Under the pieces are notes generated by a model that had not been told where the DNA came from, made no database searches, and saw nothing but the letters and a program-made list of their open reading frames with translations. From the NCBI GenBank assembly GCA_025935415.1, contig JAICVI010000001.1, positions 1 to 54,857 on the forward strand: 54,857 bases of DNA, in the 5' to 3' direction. The position numbers and the translations under genes were made by a program. Positions within the stretch are counted from its first letter, which is position 1. The number at the start of each line of letters is the position of its first letter. The stretch comes from Chloroflexota bacterium (GTDB lineage: Bacteria; Chloroflexota; Limnocylindria; Limnocylindrales; CSP1-4). Below are positions 8,060 through 18,750 of the stretch, piece by piece.

Positions 8060-9424
8060 CTACGCCGGTGCCGGGCCCTCGGGTGATTGGCCCTCGGGTG
8101 ACTGGTCCGGAGGCGTCGAGCGAGCCATCCGGTCCCTCGCGCGGAAGTACTCGCCGACGACCGGCAGGAACCACGGCCGGCCCTCGTAGGGGGCGGGCAC
8201 GATCGGGAAGCGCAGCTTCGCGAGCGCGGGCGCGGCGCCACCGGCGATCCACTCGCCGGCCTTCGTGCCGAGCCAGTGCAGCAGCACGACCCCGCTCCCG
8301 CAGCAGCCCATCGCGTAGGTCACGCCGTTCGAACGGCCGATGTGGGGCATCCGATCGAACGTCATCCCGATCTTGCCGCCCCACGAATACTCGACCCGGT
8401 AGCCAGCCACCTGCGGATGGATCTCGAGCATCCGCCGGAAGAGCAGCTTCGCCGTACGGTCGACCGTGGTTGGGAAGAAGCTGACGCGGCCGCCGAAGAT
8501 GAGCCGACGATCCGCCGACACGTGCCAGTACGACAGGAAGTTCCGGGTGTCGAAGTACGCCCGCCCGGTCGGCGACAGCTCCCGCGCGAGCTCCTCCGGG
8601 AGCGGCTCGGTGGCGATGATGTAGGACCCGATCGGGATGATCCGCCGGCGCATCGCCGGCGCGGCGCCGTCGGTGTAGGCATTCGTCGCCACGAGGACGT
8701 CCCTGGCCTGGATCGCGCCGCGACTCGTCTCGACGACGAACCGGCCATCGGCCTGGCGCCGGATCGACGTCGCGCGCACGCCCTCGTGGAGGTCCGCTCC
8801 GGCCTGCTCGGCGAGCCCGACCAGGCCGGCGAACCACTTGCCGGGGTGCAGCACGCCGCCCGTGTCGATGGCCAGTCCGGCGTGATAGGCGCGGGTGCCG
8901 ACCTCCTCCGACAGCCGCTCGAACGGGATGGCGCGGGCCGGCGTTCCCCAGCCAGTCCGCGTTTCGACCTCGCCGTCGAAGTCCTCGGCGTCGCGCCGCG
9001 ACCAGGCGAGCTCCATGTAGCCGTTCAGCCGGAGCTCGGCCTCGATTCCGTTCTCCTGGATCGTGCGCCCCAGGAAGGTCGTGGCCTCGACGGAGTCTTC
9101 GTACAGCCGCGCCGCGAGCTCGTGGCCGTAACGCTTGATCATCGACGCCGGTCCCCACTTGTAGCCCGGGTGCGCGATCCCCCCGTTGCGCGTCGATGCG
9201 CCCCAGCCCAGGGTCCGGGATTCGAGCACGACGACGTTCGAGCCCGCCTTCGCGAGCGCCCGCGCGGCCGCGAGGCCCGTGTAGCCGCCGCCGATGACGA
9301 CCGCGTCGACGCTGTCCGGCAGGGTGCGGCCACTTCGATCGGGCAGGACCGGCATGGTCGCGTGCCAATACGGACGGCGCTCGTAGTCGCGGTTCAGCTT
9401 CGGCGTCGAAGGGGTGGCGGCCAT
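8060..9424 (-). CDS. FAD-dependent oxidoreductase (DAO family, gamma-glutamylputrescine/amine oxidase-like)
   Basis: The Rossmann motif is DAVVIGGGYTGLAAARALAKAGSNVVVLE. Overall it resembles PuuB/OrdL-type oxidases (YWH..., GMTFDRMPHIG). The C-terminus carries a duplicated SPEGQSPEG, encoded by a 15-nt tandem duplication. Confidence 0.85.
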   Translation of the reverse strand: MAATPSTPKLNRDYERRPYWHATMPVLPDRSGRTLPDSVDAVVIGGGYTGLAAARALAKAGSNVVVLESRTLGWGASTRNGGIAHPGYKWGPASMIKRYGHELAARLYEDSVEATTFLGRTIQENGIEAELRLNGYMELAWSRRDAEDFDGEVETRTGWGTPARAIPFERLSEEVGTRAYHAGLAIDTGGVLHPGKWFAGLVGLAEQAGADLHEGVRATSIRRQADGRFVVETSRGAIQARDVLVATNAYTDGAAPAMRRRIIPIGSYIIATEPLPEELARELSPTGRAYFDTRNFLSYWHVSADRRLIFGGRVSFFPTTVDRTAKLLFRRMLEIHPQVAGYRVEYSWGGKIGMTFDRMPHIGRSNGVTYAMGCCGSGVVLLHWLGTKAGEWIAGGAAPALAKLRFPIVPAPYEGRPWFLPVVGEYFRARDRMARSTPPDQSPEGQSPEGPAPA

Positions 9425-9435
9425 CGCGCAATCCT

Positions 9436-9485
9436 ACGGGCGCGGGACGCGGGCGCGGGACGCGGGCGCGGCACGCGGGCAACGG
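9436..9485 (+). repeat. 13-nt tandem repeat (about 3.8 copies), G-tract rich
   Basis: The copies are ACGGGCGCGGGAC GCGGGCGCGGGAC GCGGGCGCGGCAC GCGGGCAACGG. The repeat lies in the intergenic region between the pyrC stop (9538) and the FAD-oxidase start (9424). It contains six GGG runs separated by 3-6-nt loops. Confidence 0.8.
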
Positions 9486-9537
9486 CCGCGACACTCGAGG
9501 CACCCCCCAGGGCGTCGCGGGCGACGGCGCGTCTCGG

Positions 9538-10985
9538 TCAGCCTGCGGCGGGTGCCTCGAAGGCGAGCCGGCCCGCGGCAACGGTCAGCAGCACCTCGCC
9601 GGCCAGCTCGCGGCCCTCGAGCGGATGGCCGAACCCCCTGGTCAGCAGCGTGCCGGCGCCGACGGTCCAGCCAGCCGACCGATCGAACACGACCAAATCC
9701 GCCACGGCGCCCCCCGTGATGGCCGCTCGCTCGTCCGCCGGGCCGCCGCGACCGAGGATCCTGGCCGGCCCGATGGTCAGCGCCTCGATGACCCGGCGCA
9801 GCGGCACCAGCCCGGCGTCGACGGCCCCGAGCAGCAGCCCGAGGGCGGTCTCGATCCCGGCGATCCCCGGCCGCGCCACACCGAACTCCACGGCCTTGTC
9901 GACCTGGGCGTGCGGCGCGTGGTCGGTGGCGATCGCGTCCGCCGTACCGTCGACGAGCGCCTCGAGGCAGGCTCGCGCGTCAGCGGCTGATCGAAGCGGC
10001 GGGTTGACCCGGAGGGCGGCGTCGTATGGCGCGGCCACGAGGGCGTGATCGCGCCACGGATCTCGGGGCGCGCCGTCGCCGTCCAGCGCCTCCCAGGCCC
10101 AGCGCCGCGCCCCGGCAAGCCACTCGTCCGTGAGCGCCAGGTGATGCGGCGTGAGGTCGCAGGTCACGGGCAGGCCGGCCGCCTTCGCGGCCCTGACCTG
10201 GGCGAGGGCGCCGGCGGTGGAGAGGTGGGTCAGGTGGAGGCGAGCCCTGGGCTCGTCGCGAACGACGTCCGCGAGGAGCGCCAGGTCGCGCGCGACGGCC
10301 TCGGTCTCGGCGGCGGCGGGCCAGCCCCGGAGGCCCAGGACCGTCGCGACCAGACCCTCGTTCGCTTCAGCGCCGGCCGTCAGCCGGAGGTCCTCCGGAT
10401 GGTCGACGACGAGGAGGCCGAGCATCCCCGCGTACAGGAGCGCGTTCCGGAACAGCGCCGCGTCCTGCACCGGCGACCCATCGTCGCTGAACCCGACGAC
10501 CCCGGCAGCGGCGAGCTCGCCCAGCGCGGCGAGCTGCTCCCCGGCCCTGCCGGCCGTGAGCGCACCGAGCTGGAGAAGCCGGACCGGCGAGCCGGATCGC
10601 TCCGCGGCGACGCTCGCGGCCGAGACCATGGCGCCGCGGTCGACCGGGGGCGTCGTGTTCGGCATCGCGCAGACCGTGGTGAACCCGCCGTGGGCCGCGG
10701 CGGCCAGGCCGGAAGCGATCGTCTCGGCCGCCGTGCCACCGGGCTCGCGCAGGTGGGCGTGCAGGTCGATGAACCCCGGCGCCACCACGATGCCGCGATC
10801 GTCGATGCCCGCAGCGTCGTGCCCGTTCAGCCAGGTGACCGATCGAATCTGACCGGCTTCAATCACCAGGTCCGCCGGGCCTTCCCGCCCGGCGCCGGGA
10901 TCGACCAGCCAGGCGCCGCTGAGATCGAGATCGACGGGCTTGCCGATTGCCCGGTCCGCCGGCCTTCCGGCAAGCGCCGCCAGGG

Positions 10986-10989
<4 letters not shown>
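9538..10989 (-). CDS. pyrC: Dihydroorotase
   Basis: Metal-binding motifs are FIDLHAHLREPG and IATDHAPH. The start overlaps the pyrB stop by 4 nt. Confidence 0.9.
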
Positions 10990-12717
<1,728 letters not shown>

Positions 12718-13281
12718 TCAGTAGACCCGGACCGTCACCGTCGTGGTGCCGGAGAACGACGCGCAGCCGCAGATCGCGAAGAAGTCCGGCCGGTACATGT
12801 CGATGATCCGGCCCGTCGACTTCGCCGGGCCGTAGTCGTTGACGACCCGCTGAATGCATCCCCCGCTGCCGCAGATGACGATCGTCGTGCCGCGCGGGAC
12901 GTCGCGCATCGCCGTGGTTCCGAAGTCGTAGAAGGAGGCCTCGCCGCGAAGCGTGAAGCGCGCCGGCTGCCAGTCCCAGGAGGACGCGGCCCTGGCAACC
13001 TCCGGCACGGCGCGCTTGCCGAGGGGGGCGACACCCTCGACCCCGGCCTCGGGGAACGACGCCGCCGTGCTGAGGACCCCGGCGGATCGTGCCGAGGCGT
13101 CGAGCAGCACGGGACCGAGGCCCTGCTGGTCGGGCGTGTTCGCGAGGGTCACCTGTTCGAAGAGCGCTGCATCGACCGTTCGGGTCGCCGCCGGCTCGTG
13201 AGAGCCGACGAGGCCCGGCAGCGCCCCGACCGCGAGGGCCGCGGTGAGCGCCGCCCTCGCGACCGTCCTGCTGGGTCGCAT
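12718..13281 (-). CDS. RlpA-like double-psi beta-barrel (DPBB) secreted protein
   Basis: The signal peptide is MRPSRTVARAALTAALAVGALPGLVG. The C-terminal DPBB-like segment is GEASFYDFGTTAMRDVPRGTTIVICGSGGCIQRVVNDYGPAKSTGRIIDMYRPDFFAI. Confidence 0.7.
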   Translation of the reverse strand: MRPSRTVARAALTAALAVGALPGLVGSHEPAATRTVDAALFEQVTLANTPDQQGLGPVLLDASARSAGVLSTAASFPEAGVEGVAPLGKRAVPEVARAASSWDWQPARFTLRGEASFYDFGTTAMRDVPRGTTIVICGSGGCIQRVVNDYGPAKSTGRIIDMYRPDFFAICGCASFSGTTTVTVRVY

Positions 13282-13365
13282 CCGTTGCCACTGTACGACA
13301 TGGCCACCGGGTCAACGCCACGGCCCGCGCGCAACGCGGCATCCGCGCACCGGACGATCGTCGGG

Positions 13366-15228
13366 TCAGCGGACGATGAAGAGGTCCTTCGCCGGTACCG
13401 TCTTGATCTCGCCGAAGTTCCGGCCTTCCCAGCCGAGAACCAGGACCGCGCTCTCCTGGCCGTCCTGGCCGCTCGGGCTCACCCAGGCGAGGCGGCCCTT
13501 GTCGATCGAGAACCGCCGCAGCGCCGGCTCGCCCGTGAGCGGGTGGAGGTCGGGGTCGAGCTGTCCGGTGGCCGGATCGAGGACGACGAGATGCAGCCGC
13601 CCGACCGCGGCCGTCGGATCGTCCGCGGCCCAGATCGCGAGGCGGGTCCCATCCGTGTCGAACAGTGCCTTGAAGACCGCGACGTCACCGACCTCCAGCG
13701 GCACCGGAGCGCCGGACGGCCCGACGGCCTCGAGCGGCGCCGTCGACGCGGCTGCCGACGGATCGGCCGTCGGCTCGGTCACGGGCTCGCCCGAGGCCGC
13801 TGCGGGCTCGGAGGGCGAAGGTGCCGCGCCGGGCTCGATCCATCGATCGAGCACGAGCTGGCCCTCGCCCAGCTGCCAATCGTGACCATCGGCCGTCGGC
13901 ACGACCGTGCCCGACCAGTAGGCGGTGACCTCGTGGTTCGGATCGACCACCGGCAGCCAGACATCGGGCTGGGTGAGGTCCGTCCGGAGCCTGGTCGCCG
14001 GGTCGAACAGGTAGGAGACCGGGTGGAAACCCTGCGGCGCTGCGGAGCCGCCGGGCGAGCTCTCCGCGGATGCCTCGGGCGTGCCCGCCGTCGCCTCGGG
14101 CTCGCCCGACGCGGCCGGGCTGCCCTCCGCGCCTGGCGCCGGGACGAGGATCTGGCTCACGAGCGCGCGTCGGCCGACCCAGCCGGAGAAGAACGTGTGG
14201 TGGTCGGTGGTCACCTGCACCGCCGCGGCGTCGCCGGCATGCCAGAGATACAGGTCCGGTCCCACGGATCCGTCTGCCGGACGAGCGGAGAAGGCGAGCC
14301 AGCCGTTGCCCGAATAGGCCGCGTCGCCGACCATCGTCACGCCCGAGGCGATCTCGATCGCGCCGGAGGGCGTGCTGTCGGGCGTGCTGCTCGGAAGGAC
14401 GAGCACGGGGCTCTCGGTTGGCGTGGATGGCGTCTCGCTCGCGGGCGCCTCGGTAGACGGGTTCTCGGTCGTCCCCGGCCCGGACGACGGCAGCGGGACG
14501 ACGAAGACCTTGTCCGGCTTGGCCGAGCCCGTGCCGCTGGACTGCACCACCAGCTGGTCCCGCTTCGGTGAGAGCGTGACGCCGGTCGGCGTTCCGCCGA
14601 GATCGACCGTTCGAGAGGAGCTGTCCTGGCCGAGCGGCTCGCAGCCTGTTCGGGAGCGTGGGCAGACCTCGTCGACCTTGGAGATCACGAGCTCCCAGCG
14701 GCCATCGGCTGCCGGCCGGACCCAGCCAACGTCGCCGGCGGCGACGGCGAGCGGCGTCGGCTGCGGTGGAGGCGGCGCGGGCGGCGAGGCGACCGCTGCC
14801 TGCGTGGACGCGGGCGGCGTGACGGGGATGCCCCGCGAGCCCCAGATGCCGACCACGACGAGCAGGACGAGCAGGCCTGCGGCCGCACCGGCGGGCGCTC
14901 CCCAATTGGCCCGCCCGGGGGATCGGGCGCCGGCACCGGCGGGCCCGCGCCGGCGACTCCCCGCTTCGCGATCGATCGCGGCCGCGGTCCGGGCCCAGAG
15001 ATCACGCGGCGGCTCCGGGATGGCGGTACGAAGGCCCTGCAGCAGCTCGTGATCGGCGGCGAACGCGTCGCGGTCGCGGCGGCACTCGCCGCACGCGTCG
15101 AGGTGGCGCGAAAGCCAGGTCGCGTCGTCTTCGGGCAGCCGCTCGGTCAGCTCGGTGGAGAGCAGCGCCCGGGCGCGATCGTGGGTGCTCTCCTGGTCGT
15201 GGTGCCGGCGGCGGAACGGGAGGGTCAT
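13366..15228 (-). CDS. Anti-sigma factor (zf-HC2 type) with a large extracytoplasmic domain
   Basis: The N-terminus is HLDACGECRRDRDAFAADHELL (HxxxCxxC). A single TM follows (GAAAGLLVLLVVVGIWG), then about 480 aa of extracellular region. The start overlaps the ECF sigma stop by 4 nt. Confidence 0.8.
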   Translation of the reverse strand: MTLPFRRRHHDQESTHDRARALLSTELTERLPEDDATWLSRHLDACGECRRDRDAFAADHELLQGLRTAIPEPPRDLWARTAAAIDREAGSRRRGPAGAGARSPGRANWGAPAGAAAGLLVLLVVVGIWGSRGIPVTPPASTQAAVASPPAPPPPQPTPLAVAAGDVGWVRPAADGRWELVISKVDEVCPRSRTGCEPLGQDSSSRTVDLGGTPTGVTLSPKRDQLVVQSSGTGSAKPDKVFVVPLPSSGPGTTENPSTEAPASETPSTPTESPVLVLPSSTPDSTPSGAIEIASGVTMVGDAAYSGNGWLAFSARPADGSVGPDLYLWHAGDAAAVQVTTDHHTFFSGWVGRRALVSQILVPAPGAEGSPAASGEPEATAGTPEASAESSPGGSAAPQGFHPVSYLFDPATRLRTDLTQPDVWLPVVDPNHEVTAYWSGTVVPTADGHDWQLGEGQLVLDRWIEPGAAPSPSEPAAASGEPVTEPTADPSAAASTAPLEAVGPSGAPVPLEVGDVAVFKALFDTDGTRLAIWAADDPTAAVGRLHLVVLDPATGQLDPDLHPLTGEPALRRFSIDKGRLAWVSPSGQDGQESAVLVLGWEGRNFGEIKTVPAKDLFIVR

Positions 15229-15863
15229 CGCTCGCCCCTCGCCTCGCTCGCGTAGCGCGCGTCGCGCTCCGCCTCCGCGGCAGCCTCTGCGGCCTTCTCG
15301 GCGGCGAGCGCCGTTCGCAGGCTCGTCCGGGCGCGGGTCAGGATCGCCCGCGCGGCGACGTGGCTGACGCCCATGGCCGCCGCCAGCTCCACGCCGGTGA
15401 GGTCATGGAGCTCCGCGAGGAGCAGCGCGGCTCGCTGGCGCTCCGGGATCTTCGCGAGGGCTCGCTCCAGCGGACCGGAGAGGCGCAGGTCCATCGCCAG
15501 GCGCTCGGCCGATGGCGCGGCGCCTCTGGCTTCACCGGTCCATGGAACCATCCGGATGATCTTCCGGCGTCGGATGTCGTCGAGGGCGACGCGGTGGGCG
15601 ATCTGGTACAGCCACGCCCGGGCGTTCTCGTCCTTCTCGAGCGTGTCGTAGTTCTTGTAGGCCTTCACGAACGCGTCCTGGGTGAGGTCGGCGGCACGCT
15701 CGGGGTCGCGGAGCATCCGGATCAGGTACGCGTAGATCTCGCCGTGATGCTTCGCGAACAGCGTCTCGACGAAGGCGTGGGCCTCGTCCTGGTCCCAGCT
15801 CCGTGTCACGGGGCGAGCGATACCGAGGCTTGACGGCGACGTGGGGATCGAGCGTTCGAGCAA
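15225..15863 (-). CDS. ECF-type RNA polymerase sigma factor
   Basis: Region 2 is DLTQDAFVKAYKNYDTLEKDENARAWLYQIAHRVALDDIRRR. Region 4 is RAALLLAELHDLTGVELAAAMGVSHVAARAILTRAR. The TTG start at 15863 is uncertain. Confidence 0.85.
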   Translation of the reverse strand: MLERSIPTSPSSLGIARPVTRSWDQDEAHAFVETLFAKHHGEIYAYLIRMLRDPERAADLTQDAFVKAYKNYDTLEKDENARAWLYQIAHRVALDDIRRRKIIRMVPWTGEARGAAPSAERLAMDLRLSGPLERALAKIPERQRAALLLAELHDLTGVELAAAMGVSHVAARAILTRARTSLRTALAAEKAAEAAAEAERDARYASEARGER

Positions 15864-15987
15864 GTGTGCAGGTGGTCCGATCTGCTTCCCGCCCGTGCGA
15901 CCTGGGGGACATGCTTGGGGGCGGCGGGTGCGTGGCGAGTGACGACGTGCGCCGCGGCCGTGTGACGCGCGCTTCCGTGGCCGCAGC

Positions 15988-16989
15988 TCACGCCGGCGCC
16001 TCCGCGGTCACCGCGCCGGTGCGCTCCAGCAGCTCTTCCACCGCCGCCTCCGGCGAGACCGGGTTGACCGGCAGGCCCGTGCCCAGCTCCAGGCCCGCCA
16101 CCTCGCGGAGGCGCGGATGGATCTCCCAGTGCCAGTGGAACGTGGCATCGACGCGCTCGCGGAGGGGGGCGGTGTGCAGCACGAGGTTGTAGGGCGGCCC
16201 GTCCAGGGTGACGCCGAGGGCCCCGAGGACGTGGCGAAGCGCGGTGGCCGTGGCGCGGATTGCGGCCTCGGATGTGCGCCCGAAATCGGCCTCGTGGTCG
16301 CGAGGCACGATCCAGACCTCGAACGGCGAGCGCGAGCCCCACGGGGCGAAGGCGACGGTCGAGGCGTCCTCCCAGACCAGGCGCTCCCGCGTTCGCGCCT
16401 CCTCGCGGACGAGCCGGCACCACGGACACTCGCCCTCGCGGATCACGAATCGCGCCGCACCGCCGAGCTCCTCGCCGACCCGATGCGGGATCAGCGGAAG
16501 GTCGTAGAGGTCGAGGCAGAGGTGGTTGGTGCGGGCGCCGGCCTGTGCGCCCCAGTTCTGGACGACCTGGACGTAGTCCGTCTGCGCTGCGGCGGTGGCG
16601 TCGGCGATCGCGTTGCGTGCCAGCGTCAGCATCCGCTCGGCGACCTCACCGACCTGGGCCAGGGGCCGATGCTCGCCGGGTGGCGCCGCGATCGTGCGCC
16701 AGCTCCCGGCGGCGCGCGCGTCGGCGACGCTGACCTGGGCGATCCCTCGGTCGCTCGCGAGCTCGTCGCGGTCGGCCACCGTGCCGATGGCGTGGAAGGC
16801 GTAGTCCTTGAGCACGCGCATGCGGACGCCGTCGCCGGCGGGAAGCCGGCAGTTCTGGCAGTCGCCGTGGTCGTCGATCGGCTCCGCGGCGCGGGCGAAG
16901 CGTGAGCGGTCGAAGTCGCGGTCGACGATCGTCGCGACCCACCACCCGGTGATCGGGTCCTTGCGGAGCTCGAAGAGTCCCGCGCTCAT
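15988..16989 (-). CDS. Galactose-1-phosphate uridylyltransferase (GalT/HIT) family protein with an atypical active-site motif
   Basis: The ATG at 16989 gives MSAGLFELRKDPITGWWV. CQNC and CPWC zinc motifs are present, as are FEVWIVPRDH and FHWHWEIHPRL. By manual alignment to the E. coli GalT segment, the position of the canonical HPH nucleophile motif reads NHLCLD. Confidence 0.75.
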   Translation of the reverse strand: MSAGLFELRKDPITGWWVATIVDRDFDRSRFARAAEPIDDHGDCQNCRLPAGDGVRMRVLKDYAFHAIGTVADRDELASDRGIAQVSVADARAAGSWRTIAAPPGEHRPLAQVGEVAERMLTLARNAIADATAAAQTDYVQVVQNWGAQAGARTNHLCLDLYDLPLIPHRVGEELGGAARFVIREGECPWCRLVREEARTRERLVWEDASTVAFAPWGSRSPFEVWIVPRDHEADFGRTSEAAIRATATALRHVLGALGVTLDGPPYNLVLHTAPLRERVDATFHWHWEIHPRLREVAGLELGTGLPVNPVSPEAAVEELLERTGAVTAEAPA

Positions 16990-17011
16990 GCTCGGCTCAC
17001 GCGTGCCCGCC

Positions 17012-17749
17012 TCACGCGTGCGCGAAGGCCGGGAGCGGCGACTTCGAGCCGTCTCGGAGCAGCGGGGCGCCGAGCTCCCGGGCGAACGCGGCCCCGAAAT
17101 GGGCGCCGGCACGCTCGACGGCCGCGGTCGAGGGTGGCTCGGCCGTGCGGCCGAGCTCCTCCGCGATCGAGGTCGAGATGAGCCCCGGCATCCCGCAGGG
17201 GTCGATGAGGTCGAAGTCACGCAGGTCGGGGTCGACGTTCAGCGCGATCCCGTGGTAGCTGACTCCTCGCTCGATGCGGAGGCCCAGGGCGCCGATCTTG
17301 CGATGCGGCCGCGCGCGCCCCGGATCGCCCTCGACCCAGCAGCCCGGATGGCCATCGCGCCGGAAGGTCTCGACGCCCAGCTCCGCGCAGGTTGCGATCA
17401 TGGCCGCCTCGAGCGCGGCCACGAGCGGGCGCACCAGGATCCCGCGGTCGGCGAGCCGCAGGATCGGGTAGGCCACGAGCTGGCCGGGGCCGTGATACGT
17501 GACCTCGCCGCCGCGCTCGACCCGGATGACCTCGATCCCGCGATGGCGAAGGACCCGTGGCGTCGCGAGGACGTGGGCGTCGTCGGCCTGGCGACCGAGC
17601 GTCAGGACGGGGTCATGCTCGAGCAGGAGGAGCTGGTCCTCGATGTCGCCCGCGACCCGCTGCTCGAGCAGCTCCTTCTGGAGCGCCCAGGCGTCGCGGT
17701 ACGCGATTCGGCCGAGCCAGCGAGCCCAGATCGGCGGAGCAGCTTCCAC
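17012..17749 (-). CDS. lipB: Lipoyl(octanoyl) transferase
   Basis: Motifs are LLLLEHDPVLTLGR, RGGEVTYHGPGQLVAYPIL and RKIGALGLRIERGVSYHGIALNV. The start was taken at GTG 17749, downstream of the upstream gene stop at 17802. Confidence 0.88.
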   Translation of the reverse strand: MEAAPPIWARWLGRIAYRDAWALQKELLEQRVAGDIEDQLLLLEHDPVLTLGRQADDAHVLATPRVLRHRGIEVIRVERGGEVTYHGPGQLVAYPILRLADRGILVRPLVAALEAAMIATCAELGVETFRRDGHPGCWVEGDPGRARPHRKIGALGLRIERGVSYHGIALNVDPDLRDFDLIDPCGMPGLISTSIAEELGRTAEPPSTAAVERAGAHFGAAFARELGAPLLRDGSKSPLPAFAHA

Positions 17750-17801
17750 GCGGGGACGATAGCAGGGGCCCCTTTGCGGTCCCTTCGCGCGCAGCTCGCC
17801 G

Positions 17802-18692
17802 TCAGAGCTTCGCGAGCGCCTCGGCCATGGCCCTGAGGTGCGGCGGCGTGCTGCCACAGCAGGCCCCGATGACGTTCGCGCCGGCATCCGCGAAGCGGCG
17901 TGCGAAGCCGGCCATCATCTCCGGCGTCGTCTCGTAGGCGACCGCCATCCCGACGAGGGTCGGCTGGCCGACGTTGCCCTTCGCGACAAGCACCGCATCC
18001 GGGAAGGCGGCCCGCATCTTCTCGATGACGGGGATGATCTCCTCGGGGCCGTTGCCGCAGTTGCCGCCGACAGCCGCGGCGCCGGCGCCGAGCAGCGCTT
18101 CCGCGGCGCGCTCGGGCGAGACGCCCATCATCGTGTGGCCGCGGGTGTCGAAGCTCATCGTCGCGATCACGGGCACGTCCGGCGCAGCATCCTTGGCGCC
18201 CTGGATGGCGGCCACCGCCTCGCTCACGTCGCTCATCGTCTCGACCCACATCACGTCCACGCCGGCCGCAGCCAGGCCACGGGCCTGCTCCGCGAAGACG
18301 TCGCGGGCGATCTCCGGCGTCAGGGAGCCGCCGATGGCCGCCATGATCTGCCCGGACGGGCCGATGTCGCCGGCGACGAGCACCGGGTGGTCGGCAGCGT
18401 TCGCCTCCACGCGCGCGAGCACGGCCGCGGTCCGGTTCAGCTGGTCCACGCGGTCCTCGCGCCCGTGCAGCTCGAGGCGAAGGCGGTTGCCGCCGAAGGT
18501 GTTCGTGAGGAGGACCTGCGAGCCGGCGTCGACGTAGCCGCGCTGGACGCGCCGGATGATCTCCGGGTGCTCGAGGTTCCAGAGCTCCGGCGGGTCGCCG
18601 AACTCGAGGCCGTTGGACATGAGCATCGTGCCCATCGCGCCGTCGGCGAGGATGGGGCGGTTGGAGGCGAGGAGCTCAGCCCAGGTGGTCAT
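17802..18692 (-). CDS. Homocysteine S-methyltransferase domain protein
   Basis: Sequence matches are ILADGAMGTMLM and VLLTNTFGGN. The zinc-ligand cysteines lie in GGNCGNGPEE and IGACCGSTPPHL. Confidence 0.85.
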   Translation of the reverse strand: MTTWAELLASNRPILADGAMGTMLMSNGLEFGDPPELWNLEHPEIIRRVQRGYVDAGSQVLLTNTFGGNRLRLELHGREDRVDQLNRTAAVLARVEANAADHPVLVAGDIGPSGQIMAAIGGSLTPEIARDVFAEQARGLAAAGVDVMWVETMSDVSEAVAAIQGAKDAAPDVPVIATMSFDTRGHTMMGVSPERAAEALLGAGAAAVGGNCGNGPEEIIPVIEKMRAAFPDAVLVAKGNVGQPTLVGMAVAYETTPEMMAGFARRFADAGANVIGACCGSTPPHLRAMAEALAKL

Positions 18693-18750
18693 CGAGCGGC
18701 CGATTGTGGCGCGCTCGGGCGCGAGCGTCGAGTGACAGCGGGGTTGTGCC

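Noticed and set aside
9436-9485. A CRISPR array, considering this tandem repeat and the GTGATT repeats at 36990-37034.
   Set aside because: The repeat units are 11-13 nt and directly abut each other with no spacers. There are no cas genes in the window.
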